64,000 bases of DNA from the NCBI GenBank assembly GCA_051546255.1, contig CP128817.1, positions 620,001-684,000 on the forward strand. Direction: 5' to 3'. Origin of the DNA: Meyerozyma guilliermondii (Eukaryota). Under the pieces are notes generated by a model. It was not told the DNA's origin, made no database searches, and saw only the letters and a program-made list of their open reading frames with translations. The position numbers and the translations under genes were made by a program. Shown here one piece after another: positions 21,467-30,947 of this stretch; position 1 is the first letter of the stretch, and each line of letters begins with the position of its first letter.

Positions 21467-22156
21467 ATGTCAGAAAACGAGGACTTGATATCTTCGTTGT
21501 ATCCTCCGCCCCCACCGTACTTCAAGTTCTTCACGGAAGAAAACAGAGCTAAACTCGAAGCCTGGCAAAAGGACCACGATGGAAAAGAACAACTGGTACC
21601 TGAACCTCCAGGCGAATTGAAATTTCTTGTGCCTCCAAAACAACCAGAGGGAACCCATTACCGAGGCTATGGAAGCTTGTGGTCCTTTGAGGACAAATTG
21701 CCCAGTCTCGAGGACCTGGGATGGAAAAAATTGTACGAGTCGGTCGATGACCAAGATACCAGCAGAGCCAAAATCCACGAATTACACAAACTTACCGACT
21801 CCCTCCTACTTTGTTTTCTCGAGCTCATTGGTATCATGTCAATTGAGCCCCAGCAGTTTCACGTAAAGATCGAAGACCTCAAATTAATACTCATCAACAT
21901 CAACCACATTCTCAACACATATCGTCCTCACCAGTCGCGAGAGAGTTTGATAATGTTGCTACGGCAAAACATAGAACAGAAGCGGTCTGAAATAACAGAA
22001 ATCGACAAAACTTGCGACAGTATTCGACAGAGAATAGAGGCAATCATGGACCAAGACACAGGCCAGTCTGAAGTAGTTGAGCCTTCTTCTGAAAAACCCA
22101 ATCGCCAGGCAATTGTGTCTGAGATCTTAACCAACTTTAGGGAGAATTCGCAATAG
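21467..22156 (+). CDS. MED7: Mediator subunit Med7
   Basis: [33 protein letters not shown]. Confidence 0.95.
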   Translation: MSENEDLISSLYPPPPPYFKFFTEENRAKLEAWQKDHDGKEQLVPEPPGELKFLVPPKQPEGTHYRGYGSLWSFEDKLPSLEDLGWKKLYESVDDQDTSRAKIHELHKLTDSLLLCFLELIGIMSIEPQQFHVKIEDLKLILININHILNTYRPHQSRESLIMLLRQNIEQKRSEITEIDKTCDSIRQRIEAIMDQDTGQSEVVEPSSEKPNRQAIVSEILTNFRENSQ

Positions 22157-22175
22157 TCGCTGTATTATACATAGT

Positions 22176-24284
22176 CTAAAAGAGATCCAACAAGTCATTT
22201 GTGTCCTTCCTTTCTGTGTTTGTAGCTGGCTTGGGCTGTGGGGGTCCGAACAAGTTCAATATGTCATTGGTCGATTGGGTGGTCAGGCTGCCCTGGTTGT
22301 CGCCAGGTGTTATAAATAAGTCGTTCAACTCGTCCAACAATGACGGAGCGGCATCCGAAGCCTCGGTTCCTTCGTCATCGAAATCGAGCAAGTTCTCATT
22401 TTTGGCATTATTAATGATCTCTTGTTTGGCCAACTTGGTGAGATCACGAATGTTACCGCTCTTAGCCGCCTTGGAGGTACCCGTGCCGGCTCTCTTGTAA
22501 GCACTGGGGTCGATGAATGTGGAGGCAGGTTTATGGTAAACCGATGCCAAAGTAGATAAATCGTTGATCAACGACTCCAAAACCACCGGATTGAACGACG
22601 CTATTGTGGTATCAATACGAGGCAATTTGGCCATAATGACCTTTTGCTGGGCATCCGTCGATGAAGATGAAAGTAATCTCCAGTAAATGTATGCTTTGTC
22701 TCTGACGTCGGCATTTTCACATTCTTTGGTGGCTAATTCTAGCACCTTTTGAAGTTGGTTGGAGTAACTAGAGTCGTTCGTAGAGAGATTAATCTTCACC
22801 ACAGACGTGAGAATGTTCAATTGTAATTGCGATTCGTACTCGAGGAATCCATCCACGAGTGCATCCACCTTGGAGTGAAGTTGTGAAAAATACTTTGGGT
22901 ACTCACCAATGAGCCATATGTAGCCAGCAAGGGCTTCGGAGGTGGTGAGGTCTTCGACATGGTTGGAAATGACCGGCACTATGAGTGTGATCAAGTCGTT
23001 CTTTCCAGGGTATCGTCTAAGAATGTTTGTCAATGCAACCACTGCCTCGTTTATGACCAAATCTCCGCCTCGCTGGTCGATCAAAGTACACAAAAGATTG
23101 ACGGCTTTCACCACACACACGCTGAGTTTGATTGCGACCGAACCCACCGACTTTATAGCCTTGGTGACGAGAGTGGGTTCGAATTCCATGGCATACTCTT
23201 TGAGTTCACCGAGTAAAAGTCCAGCATTGGAATCGTTAGCAAGGCGAACCATAATTTCAAGTTTCTCCAACTTGAGGTACAACGGATCGGAGTACTTGAT
23301 GAAAAATACTCGAAGTTCCTTGGAGAGAATCTGGGGATGTTTTTCGAGGATGATGCGAATGTTCTTCATACCGACGTACTGTGCCTCTGGAATAGATGAC
23401 GACACGAGAGAAACCAAAGGAGCAGAAAGCTTTTTAAGAATAGCAGGTTTCAGCGGCACTTTGTCAACGTGGCGAAGAATCGTCTTGATAGATGTCAACA
23501 CCACGGAGGGATTTACATGCTGCAATTGCGGTACAACCCGCTCGATGATATGACCAGCTTCCGCTGGAGTTGGCGCCTCGTACTCGTTTAACGTGGTAAG
23601 TACCGTAATACGACCCCACTCTGTGCACTCGTTCAAGCACATGAGGAGGTTCTTGATGATCTCTGGAGTTATGTCCAACACGTTCAAGTTGGGGTCCGAA
23701 TTCATGTCTCTGATCTCATACAAGGAGTTGAGAGAGTTGGCTACAACCATTGGGTTGGGATCGTTGATCAATTTCTTCAACTCGTCCACAAATCCAAATT
23801 CAACACATACTTGAGGGTTCAAATCAAACAACTTTGCAACACAAATGGCGGCTGTTTTCCGCACGTATGGATTGTCGTCGGCAAGAGTCTTCGAAAGCGG
23901 TATTTCCATGTAATCGACCATTTTGTCCACACGAATACATCCCATTGTCCGTATCGCCAACGCCCTGATTAATGGGTTAGGATCTTCGGTATCCTGAATA
24001 AATGTATTCACAGCCAAGATACATAGTTCCGGATGAGACTTGGCATAGTTCATGAGATAGAGATACACGAGTTTTTTCTGCTCCAAATCATAGGTAGCAA
24101 TGTTTTTTAGAACGTCGGGAAACAACAGCGACACATCCTTGCCCACTGTCATTGCCTGGATCACCCTTTGAATGGCATCTTTTCGCTCATGCTTGTACTG
24201 AGACACGAGTCCGGACTTCAATTCGAAGGTTTCTCCCTTCTTCGGGCCCTTGAGGAAACTAAGGATCTTCTTTTCAAGAGACAT
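22176..24284 (-). CDS. APL2: AP-1 complex beta adaptin
   Basis: GLVSQY, MTVGKDVS(S)LFPDVLKNIAT, KKLVYLY, DPNPLIRALAIRT, DVRDKAYIYWRLL. Confidence 0.9.
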   Translation of the reverse strand: MSLEKKILSFLKGPKKGETFELKSGLVSQYKHERKDAIQRVIQAMTVGKDVSLLFPDVLKNIATYDLEQKKLVYLYLMNYAKSHPELCILAVNTFIQDTEDPNPLIRALAIRTMGCIRVDKMVDYMEIPLSKTLADDNPYVRKTAAICVAKLFDLNPQVCVEFGFVDELKKLINDPNPMVVANSLNSLYEIRDMNSDPNLNVLDITPEIIKNLLMCLNECTEWGRITVLTTLNEYEAPTPAEAGHIIERVVPQLQHVNPSVVLTSIKTILRHVDKVPLKPAILKKLSAPLVSLVSSSIPEAQYVGMKNIRIILEKHPQILSKELRVFFIKYSDPLYLKLEKLEIMVRLANDSNAGLLLGELKEYAMEFEPTLVTKAIKSVGSVAIKLSVCVVKAVNLLCTLIDQRGGDLVINEAVVALTNILRRYPGKNDLITLIVPVISNHVEDLTTSEALAGYIWLIGEYPKYFSQLHSKVDALVDGFLEYESQLQLNILTSVVKINLSTNDSSYSNQLQKVLELATKECENADVRDKAYIYWRLLSSSSTDAQQKVIMAKLPRIDTTIASFNPVVLESLINDLSTLASVYHKPASTFIDPSAYKRAGTGTSKAAKSGNIRDLTKLAKQEIINNAKNENLLDFDDEGTEASDAAPSLLDELNDLFITPGDNQGSLTTQSTNDILNLFGPPQPKPATNTERKDTNDLLDLF

Positions 24285-24326
24285 GTAAGTAATGCTGGCG
24301 CGGACGGTTTTTGAATCTCAGGCGCG

Positions 24327-24334
24327 GTCACGTG
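24327..24334. promoter_or_regulatory. Cbf1-type E-box GTCACGTG
   Basis: Consensus match about 43 nt upstream of the APL2 ATG. Confidence 0.45.
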
Positions 24335-24527
24335 CAGTGGAGGAGGAAATAAAGAAGGGTATTGGGAAAGAAAAGGAGGAGAGGGAAAAAAAAACATTGA
24401 TTCAGAAGGGTTGTAGTGGCCAAAGTTATCTCGATTGTCTCTTTTTCTCGTTTTCTTATTATTTAAAAATTTAATTTTCCTTTTTGGTACTTTTCCTGTC
24501 TCGTTCTCATTTTGCAATTCTACAAAA

Positions 24528-24537
24528 TTTCGCGAAA
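24528..24537. promoter_or_regulatory. SCB/MCB-like palindrome TTTCGCGAAA
   Basis: Perfect palindrome containing CGCGAAA, 60 nt upstream of ORF 24598. Confidence 0.45.
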
Positions 24538-24597
24538 CCTCACAATTTCCATTTTCATAACTATGTCGCGTACAATGTGAAATTATTCTAGCTTATT

Positions 24598-25839
24598 ATG
24601 CCCGGCGGGTGCTATGGTCGTAGAAAACGTATATATACAGAGGAGTTTTCTGACGAAGAAGAAGAGAAGTCAGACTCGTCTTGGACGACAATACAGCCAC
24701 TTAAAATCGACTTTGGAACTACAATAAACGCAACGTATTCGCGTCAAAGTCAACGAAATAAAGTCGAAAGAGTCACGAATGTGATACTAGAGTCTCCAAC
24801 AAGAACCGAAAGAGTCGTTGACGTGTTCAGCTCCAGTCCTACAAAATTCTCTCGTTCTAAAGGTGAGTATACTCCTCCAACTTCACCCATAAGAAATGAA
24901 GAAAAACAAATAGAGACCAAGGAGCCAAAAGAAACGGTGACAAAAGAGGAGCTTTCAGCAAAAGAAGAGATCAAGAATTCACGTTCTTCAAAAGAAGTGA
25001 GTGCTTGGGACGACTTGTTCGGCACAATTGAACCCAAGTCTCCTATGACCAGACAGCTTACCGATAAAATATCTGACCAAAATTCCCTTCCAATAGATAT
25101 CAAAGCATTGGTACAGTCCATGTGTGTTCCAGTTGAGACCAAAGCCACCATTTTGAAAAAACTACCAAATTCAAAAGAGGCTCAAATACTGTCTCCGTCC
25201 ACTCCTATCCGTTCAGTTTCCGGTCACAGAACGTACGGCGACACCCGCAGCTTTCTCGCAGACAGAATCTTCGACGTGGCTACAGAACAGTCACAAATGA
25301 TCAGTGATACCCATGATTACGAGTCTGTTGAAACCCACTCTAAAGCAGATTTCGATATGCGTATCCTTGGACTGCTCCAGCGACGTCGTGACGACATCAA
25401 GGAGTTCTTGGAAGGTTTGGTAGTGAAGCGTGGAAAACCTATAGAAGCCGCTAATCAAATGCTTCTAGAGTGCTTGGTAGCAATCTGCCGTAATATAAAG
25501 TCACATTCAGTGGTACCAGACGACAGAATTGTGGCTCGACTACAAATACTTTGCAACAAATTCAGCAACCAAAATGATTCAGGATCGCTCGTGATTGCAA
25601 AGTTGATTTCAGTTTCCTTCTTTTACATGTTAAAACTACCGAAAGTCAAAATCTTGCAGTCTTTATCCACTACCACCATCAACGACATTATGATGGCTGC
25701 AAAAAAGCCATTCAAAACCGAAAAGCTACAGGTTCTGAAAATTGCATTGGAAAGCTTACAACAATTCATTTGTGAGTTACCACCACAAAAAGAGATGGTT
25801 CTGTCGTTGGTAGAATCTCTTCATCCACAACCACACTGA
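24598..25839 (+). CDS. Hypothetical protein, possibly a divergent Wapl/Rad61 cohesin-release factor
   Basis: N-terminal YGRR..EFSDEE like Rad61; S/T-P-rich disordered region; RTYGDTRSFL; QRRRDDIKEFLEGL resembles the first WAPL-domain helix. Confidence 0.6.
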   Translation: MPGGCYGRRKRIYTEEFSDEEEEKSDSSWTTIQPLKIDFGTTINATYSRQSQRNKVERVTNVILESPTRTERVVDVFSSSPTKFSRSKGEYTPPTSPIRNEEKQIETKEPKETVTKEELSAKEEIKNSRSSKEVSAWDDLFGTIEPKSPMTRQLTDKISDQNSLPIDIKALVQSMCVPVETKATILKKLPNSKEAQILSPSTPIRSVSGHRTYGDTRSFLADRIFDVATEQSQMISDTHDYESVETHSKADFDMRILGLLQRRRDDIKEFLEGLVVKRGKPIEAANQMLLECLVAICRNIKSHSVVPDDRIVARLQILCNKFSNQNDSGSLVIAKLISVSFFYMLKLPKVKILQSLSTTTINDIMMAAKKPFKTEKLQVLKIALESLQQFICELPPQKEMVLSLVESLHPQPH

Positions 25840-25869
25840 CTTACATAATCGCTCCATCGAAATTTCAGC

Positions 25870-27105
25870 ATGGACTTGAACCACTTAGTTGCCCAAAATC
25901 CGCAACTCAACCCATACTATCGCGATGGTTCTTACGATTTCAGCACTACAGAGGGCCAGTGCTTGATAGCTGAAGCCTACTTGAATACCTATTGTGGCCT
26001 AAAAGTGAGTCTTGATCGCAGAAAATTGTGTCCTCGAATTCCCAACCGATTATCCTATTTAAACTGGTGTGAAGGAGCAGCAAGTGTAATAAGCGAATTT
26101 GAAACTGCCCAATTGGTTATTGACATTGGAACAGGTTCTAGTGCTATATATCCATTATTGGGTGTTAGTCGGCATCCAGAGCTTCGCTTTATTGGCACTG
26201 AAATTGATCCGGAGTCAATAACATGGGCCCAAAAAATTGTCAAGGAGAACAACATTGAAAACAGAATATGCATTTTGGGTAGTACATCTCGGCCAAAGTT
26301 TCCCCGTGTTGATGAACAAATTAGGTATACCATGTGCAATCCTCCATTCTACGCTAATAGTGACGACTTGTACGAGAGAAGCAAATTCAAGAATCTGAAA
26401 CCAAACGAGCTTTTGAGTAGCCATTCGGAGATGTTTTACGAAGGGGGAGAAGTCCAGTTTATCAAAGACCTTTTGGATGATAGCATTAAGCTTGCAAAGG
26501 AAAAACCGGAAACAGTCAAAACGTGCTGGTTTCTGTCTCAAATCGGCATAAGAAGCAATTGTTTTAAGGTTGAATCGGCATTAAACGAGGCTAAAGCGGC
26601 CAAAAAGATCACGCAATTTCGAATCGACAAGCTCCAAACCCCCGGAAGTTCCACCAGTAGATGGGTCGTTGCATGGTCAACTCATTGGTGGAGGTGGCCG
26701 GCAGGCAAAGCCATCTACACTGTAAAGCTCGATATAAAGAAAGTTCACCACGACATTGTTCGGAAACTCGAAAAAGAATTGGCTGCAATTGAAAAGTACT
26801 ACCCTCAATTGGCATGCAATTTGCAGTTATCGTGTGAAAAACTTGTTGTACGTACTACTGTACCTTTCTGGACCCGCAAATTTCGCCGAGCATCTTCACG
26901 CCGAGAAAAAGTTCCACCTACAGTGAGCAATATTTTCGCAATCGAGGCCACCCGTATACAGTGGGTGCATGGCTGCGACTTCCAGATTTTCTACTCATTC
27001 TGCAAGTTTATTTTGGTTTTGAGCGAACAATCGGAAGCAACGTTGGAAGCCCTGTCCCTAAATGGCCCAAACGGGGAAATCCGACGGATCCATATACAGG
27101 AGTGA
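25870..27105 (+). CDS. METTL16: METTL16/RlmF-family RNA N6-adenosine methyltransferase (U6 snRNA m6A writer)
   Basis: LCPRIPNR, DIGTGSSAIYPLLG, MCNPPFY, GGEVQF, RWVVAWS; eukaryote-type C-terminal WTRKFRR and WVHGCD..FYSFC. Confidence 0.85.
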   Translation: MDLNHLVAQNPQLNPYYRDGSYDFSTTEGQCLIAEAYLNTYCGLKVSLDRRKLCPRIPNRLSYLNWCEGAASVISEFETAQLVIDIGTGSSAIYPLLGVSRHPELRFIGTEIDPESITWAQKIVKENNIENRICILGSTSRPKFPRVDEQIRYTMCNPPFYANSDDLYERSKFKNLKPNELLSSHSEMFYEGGEVQFIKDLLDDSIKLAKEKPETVKTCWFLSQIGIRSNCFKVESALNEAKAAKKITQFRIDKLQTPGSSTSRWVVAWSTHWWRWPAGKAIYTVKLDIKKVHHDIVRKLEKELAAIEKYYPQLACNLQLSCEKLVVRTTVPFWTRKFRRASSRREKVPPTVSNIFAIEATRIQWVHGCDFQIFYSFCKFILVLSEQSEATLEALSLNGPNGEIRRIHIQE

Positions 27106-27360
27106 GACACTTCCTTCCAGGTCCAATAAATGAAAACCGAATGAAAATGGCGGTTCTGGTGGCTATTGAAAGCCCATGATAAACGATTATATCCCTGATC
27201 ATCCGGTCCACTGGGGTACAACTAAAATTTATCATTTCTTGTTTTGCGCATGTGGCCAGATACTTGACGTTTTGAGTACCCGAAAATTCCGAATATGCCG
27301 TGCTCAGTAAATTCAATGCATATAAACGGCTGACTTGCGAGCAATTTGAATTATATCGGT

Positions 27361-27738
27361 ATGCTCGTTTTATCCTCCTGTCACTACAAATTGAAGAGAG
27401 CTTATCAGCTTTATTATTACAGTTTTCCACTTCCAGTGCTTACCAGAAATGAAAGTATTATATTCAATTCCATTTCTTTAGTGCTCTTGTTGCTTGGAGC
27501 ATACTGGTTTGTGTTCAAAGTACCCTCCTTCTTGATGAAGTCTGCTGAGAATCTCCATTACTACCTTACTGGATCCACTGTATCCATCAGTGTTGCATTG
27601 AGTTTGGCATTAACAAGCAATATAATCCCCCAATTTTCACGTCTCACGCTGCCACCAAAGTTGAGTAATACAACCGTACCTACAAATAAGCTTCAAGACT
27701 TCAAAGGAGCCATGCAAAAAAAGGCATATACTTTATGA
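27361..27738 (+). CDS. Small membrane protein, serine palmitoyltransferase small-subunit-like
   Basis: YYYSFPLPVLTRNESIIFNSISLVLLLLGAYW..P resembles the ssSPT family pattern; start uncertain. Confidence 0.6.
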   Translation: MLVLSSCHYKLKRAYQLYYYSFPLPVLTRNESIIFNSISLVLLLLGAYWFVFKVPSFLMKSAENLHYYLTGSTVSISVALSLALTSNIIPQFSRLTLPPKLSNTTVPTNKLQDFKGAMQKKAYTL

Positions 27739-28227
27739 ACCGAATAATCCCCAATCTTCAACCTTGAAGCTTTTGCATGCTTGCTTTATAGTGACATAAT
27801 GATTTTTAATGTGACCTGTGACCAATTCTTTAACATTGCTTTGCTCTAGTTTTTCTTGTTCGCTACTTGTGAGCGGAATATTCATAGTAACCAACACATC
27901 GGTCTCTACTTTGGAGAGTCTAATGAGTCCCACAATCGTAAGAAGTTTGTTTTGTTGTGATGCCACAAGAAACAAATGGACATCGCCAGTCGATTCCATG
28001 GTCTCAATGGTGTCCACATGGTCCAATATATCGGAAACATGGACCTTGATGGCATTTTCAATTTTCTCGGGCACCATCTCCAAAAGGTCAAAGATTATAT
28101 TTACATCAGTATCTTTTGTTTCGCCTTCAAATATAAACACTTCCTGAGTGTCCGGCACCTGGCGGAACTTCAGGACATCGACAGCTGGTGGCAAGTCGAC
28201 TGAAACAGCACCGCCGTAAAGTTTCAT
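27733..28227 (-). CDS. MOG1: Ran guanine nucleotide release factor
   Basis: LYGGAV, DV(S)KFRQVPDTQEVF, IIFDLLE, IRL..VETDVLVTMNIP, DWGLF. Confidence 0.92.
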   Translation of the reverse strand: MKLYGGAVSVDLPPAVDVLKFRQVPDTQEVFIFEGETKDTDVNIIFDLLEMVPEKIENAIKVHVSDILDHVDTIETMESTGDVHLFLVASQQNKLLTIVGLIRLSKVETDVLVTMNIPLTSSEQEKLEQSNVKELVTGHIKNHYVTIKQACKSFKVEDWGLFGS

Positions 28228-28351
28228 GATTACCTCAAAATGAAAATTGACTAGCCGCACTGGTAAACATTTTGTTTCCTGCACACCAACGTGCGCTTCC
28301 ACAGCGTTAGTTTTTTTTGGTGTAAATCACGTCAAACTCGCGGGCACTTTC

Positions 28352-29512
28352 ATGAAAAATTCAAGGAGGAGGCTGGTCACTTTGGCTATACTAGCTCTCA
28401 TCGTCCTCCTGGCGGTGGGAATTGTTGCATTTTCTCGCTCAAAACCTTCGCTCAACCTCAAAAATGACAACTCTCTCTTCTCTTTGCTTTCGTCTCAGTC
28501 GGAAAAATCTCAAGAAGAGCTTGTGGCGCGTCTTGAAAAGCTCACTAGAAAGCTCACCAGCGATCAGGACGCCAGACTCCTGCTGTTGGAAAAACAAAAC
28601 GCCGAGTTGTTGCGACAAATACGACTTCTCCGATCACCTCCACCATCGGCAACGATCCGGGAAAAATTGGCACATCTTTATCCATACGACCCCTCGGTGA
28701 GGTTCCCGGCGTATATTTGGCAGACCTGGAAACATGGGCTCAATGACGAAAGATTTGATGAAAAGTATCGTGAGGGAGAAACGCAATGGGCAATGAAAAA
28801 TCCCGGGTTTGTCCACGAACTTTTCAACGACGATACCTCCTACGCCGTGGTCAGGCACCACTTTCAGGCAATTCCAGAAATTATCGACGCATACGAGGCG
28901 CTTCCAGAGGTGATTTTGAGAATGGATTTTTTCCGCTATCTAATACTTTTTGCCAAGGGAGGTGTTTATGCCGACATTGATACCTATCCATTGCAGCCGA
29001 TTCCAAATTGGATCCCAGAAAACGTGGGGGCAGACGAGATAGGTATCATTGCTGCTATTGGTTTGGACTCAAACCTGCCCCGTTGGCGTGAAGAAGCAGC
29101 CAGAAGACTAGAGTTCAGCCAGGCGATTATACAATGTAAACCGGGCCATCCAGTTCTTAGAGAAATCATCTCCAATATTGTCCAGCATACCCAAGAAAGA
29201 AAACGGAAGGATACTCTCAAAGTCGAAGGAAGCTCGAACCAAAAAGGTTTGGCTATCAGCCAATGGACCGGTACAGGCAGATGGACAGACACCATCCTTG
29301 GTTACTTCAATGACTACATTCAATCGTCTATTTATCATGAAATCACATGGAAAGAATTCCACGACTTGCAAGTTCCCAAACTAGTGAGTGACATTCTTGT
29401 TCTTCCAATCAAATCCTTTGCTCTGACAGAAGAGATACCTAAAGACGGCAAGGTGGAGGATCCTTTAGCATTTGCCAAGCACTATCAAGGAAAGATTTGG
29501 AAAACTACATAA
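28352..29512 (+). CDS. HOC1: Golgi alpha-1,6-mannosyltransferase (GT32, Och1/Hoc1 family)
   Basis: Type II TM plus coiled stem, IWQTWK, DFFRYLILFAKGGVYADID, WTGTG; paralogue choice (HOC1 vs OCH1) less certain. Confidence 0.75.
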   Translation: MKNSRRRLVTLAILALIVLLAVGIVAFSRSKPSLNLKNDNSLFSLLSSQSEKSQEELVARLEKLTRKLTSDQDARLLLLEKQNAELLRQIRLLRSPPPSATIREKLAHLYPYDPSVRFPAYIWQTWKHGLNDERFDEKYREGETQWAMKNPGFVHELFNDDTSYAVVRHHFQAIPEIIDAYEALPEVILRMDFFRYLILFAKGGVYADIDTYPLQPIPNWIPENVGADEIGIIAAIGLDSNLPRWREEAARRLEFSQAIIQCKPGHPVLREIISNIVQHTQERKRKDTLKVEGSSNQKGLAISQWTGTGRWTDTILGYFNDYIQSSIYHEITWKEFHDLQVPKLVSDILVLPIKSFALTEEIPKDGKVEDPLAFAKHYQGKIWKTT

Positions 29513-29599
29513 ACATGAAATGCATATCGCTATTAGTGGGTGTTTAGATGTAGAGCTGTTCGTTTCAGCACACCGGTTGCGATAATCGACCAACAAGAA

Positions 29600-30943
29600 A
29601 TGGCACGCCATCGTACGACATTGTACCTCCATACCGACGTTGACGTCGAGGAATCAATAGAAAATGTCAACTCAAAGGAATTGACCCTCCAATTTGACCA
29701 AGCTACCCGCGAAGACAGACACATTATGCCCCACCCCGGATTCAAGTATATCCGGTCGATGAGAATACACTCGATAACTAAACCTTCCGAGGGCTCCATA
29801 TTCAATTATTACTATCAGCCTGGAACCAGTATCTACATCTATCCAAAAAATCTCGATGGCGCCAGCAAGCAGGAGTTTTTTGATGAGGCCAGCGAGTTCG
29901 CTAGTCAGCTAGGATTGTCAGTGGACCACGAATGGATTCTTTCCACCAACTCATTCTACTTTTACCTGCCAAAAGTAGATATGGATGCAACCACCAAATA
30001 CCTTTCTTCGCTTGTTGGCAACTTTCTGGAGCCTTGGTCTAACTTGGACCTATACTTCACCGACAATGAGGTCACAATCAAGACCTTAAAAGACGCTCAT
30101 GGAGGTGCAAAATTCAGAAAGTCGTCAGACAATCAAGAGATTGGTGTTTTCAAAGTGGAACCAGGAATAAGTACCTATGATGATTTGGCCTTGACAGGTT
30201 TCAGGGTCGTGTTTAATGATGATGACGAAAAAAATGTTCACAAGACTCTATTCCATATCAAGCCTCGTCACAGACAACTCTCTACTGCACAACATTTTGT
30301 GTCAGTTGAGCCCAATGGACTTCATCCATTGTTGCAAAGCACCCTCAATAATATTCCCGAAGTTGCCAGCGACGAGGATGTGGAAAGATGTGGTTTGTAC
30401 GGGTACTTGAGTCTTGACAAATCCCTCTTCGTTGACAAGAACAACCTTTCACCAGGAGTTTCAGTAGCGTTGAATTTCGGGCCCACCAACCTCGAGTTAC
30501 CCGAATACGAAATACGGGAATGGGGTAACGAGCTTTTGTTCAAAATCGACAACAAAACTGGTGTTACGTTCGATCTCCATTCACGCTACCAATTGCCAGC
30601 TTACCAGTTGAAAACAAAAGTGGAAATCAGTGCGCCTCGCTTGTTCCTTGCTTGTGACGTAAAAGATGCTAATTTGTTATCAGCGTCGCCATTTGATAAC
30701 AAACTTCCCTTGGGAGGCCACTACGAACGATTCTTCACTAATGACACAGTATACTACCATATCCCCATGGACAAGACCACGGTATCTGTGGAGATCCCAA
30801 ATGCTAACATAGGCAACATGTATGTTGTCATTATCGCAACATTATTGGCCCTAGGTGTGGGTTTGATTTGGGTGTTGCGCAAGTTACTTTCAGCGGCATC
30901 GTCAATTGCATCAGTAGTTGATCCGCTAAAGAAAGACGAATAA
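29600..30943 (+). CDS. PBN1: GPI mannosyltransferase I subunit Pbn1 (PIG-X family)
   Basis: MARHRTTLY, GLHP, LFVDK, LELPEY, LHSRY, C-terminal TM plus KKxx (KKDE). Confidence 0.85.
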   Translation: MARHRTTLYLHTDVDVEESIENVNSKELTLQFDQATREDRHIMPHPGFKYIRSMRIHSITKPSEGSIFNYYYQPGTSIYIYPKNLDGASKQEFFDEASEFASQLGLSVDHEWILSTNSFYFYLPKVDMDATTKYLSSLVGNFLEPWSNLDLYFTDNEVTIKTLKDAHGGAKFRKSSDNQEIGVFKVEPGISTYDDLALTGFRVVFNDDDEKNVHKTLFHIKPRHRQLSTAQHFVSVEPNGLHPLLQSTLNNIPEVASDEDVERCGLYGYLSLDKSLFVDKNNLSPGVSVALNFGPTNLELPEYEIREWGNELLFKIDNKTGVTFDLHSRYQLPAYQLKTKVEISAPRLFLACDVKDANLLSASPFDNKLPLGGHYERFFTNDTVYYHIPMDKTTVSVEIPNANIGNMYVVIIATLLALGVGLIWVLRKLLSAASSIASVVDPLKKDE

Positions 30944-30947
30944 ATGT

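Noticed and set aside
25870..27105. Horizontally acquired bacterial rlmF
   Set aside because: Has a eukaryotic METTL16-type C-terminal region and no compositional anomaly that I can see
27008..27430. 140-aa minus-strand ORF
   Set aside because: Overlaps two better supported plus-strand genes and has no recognisable features
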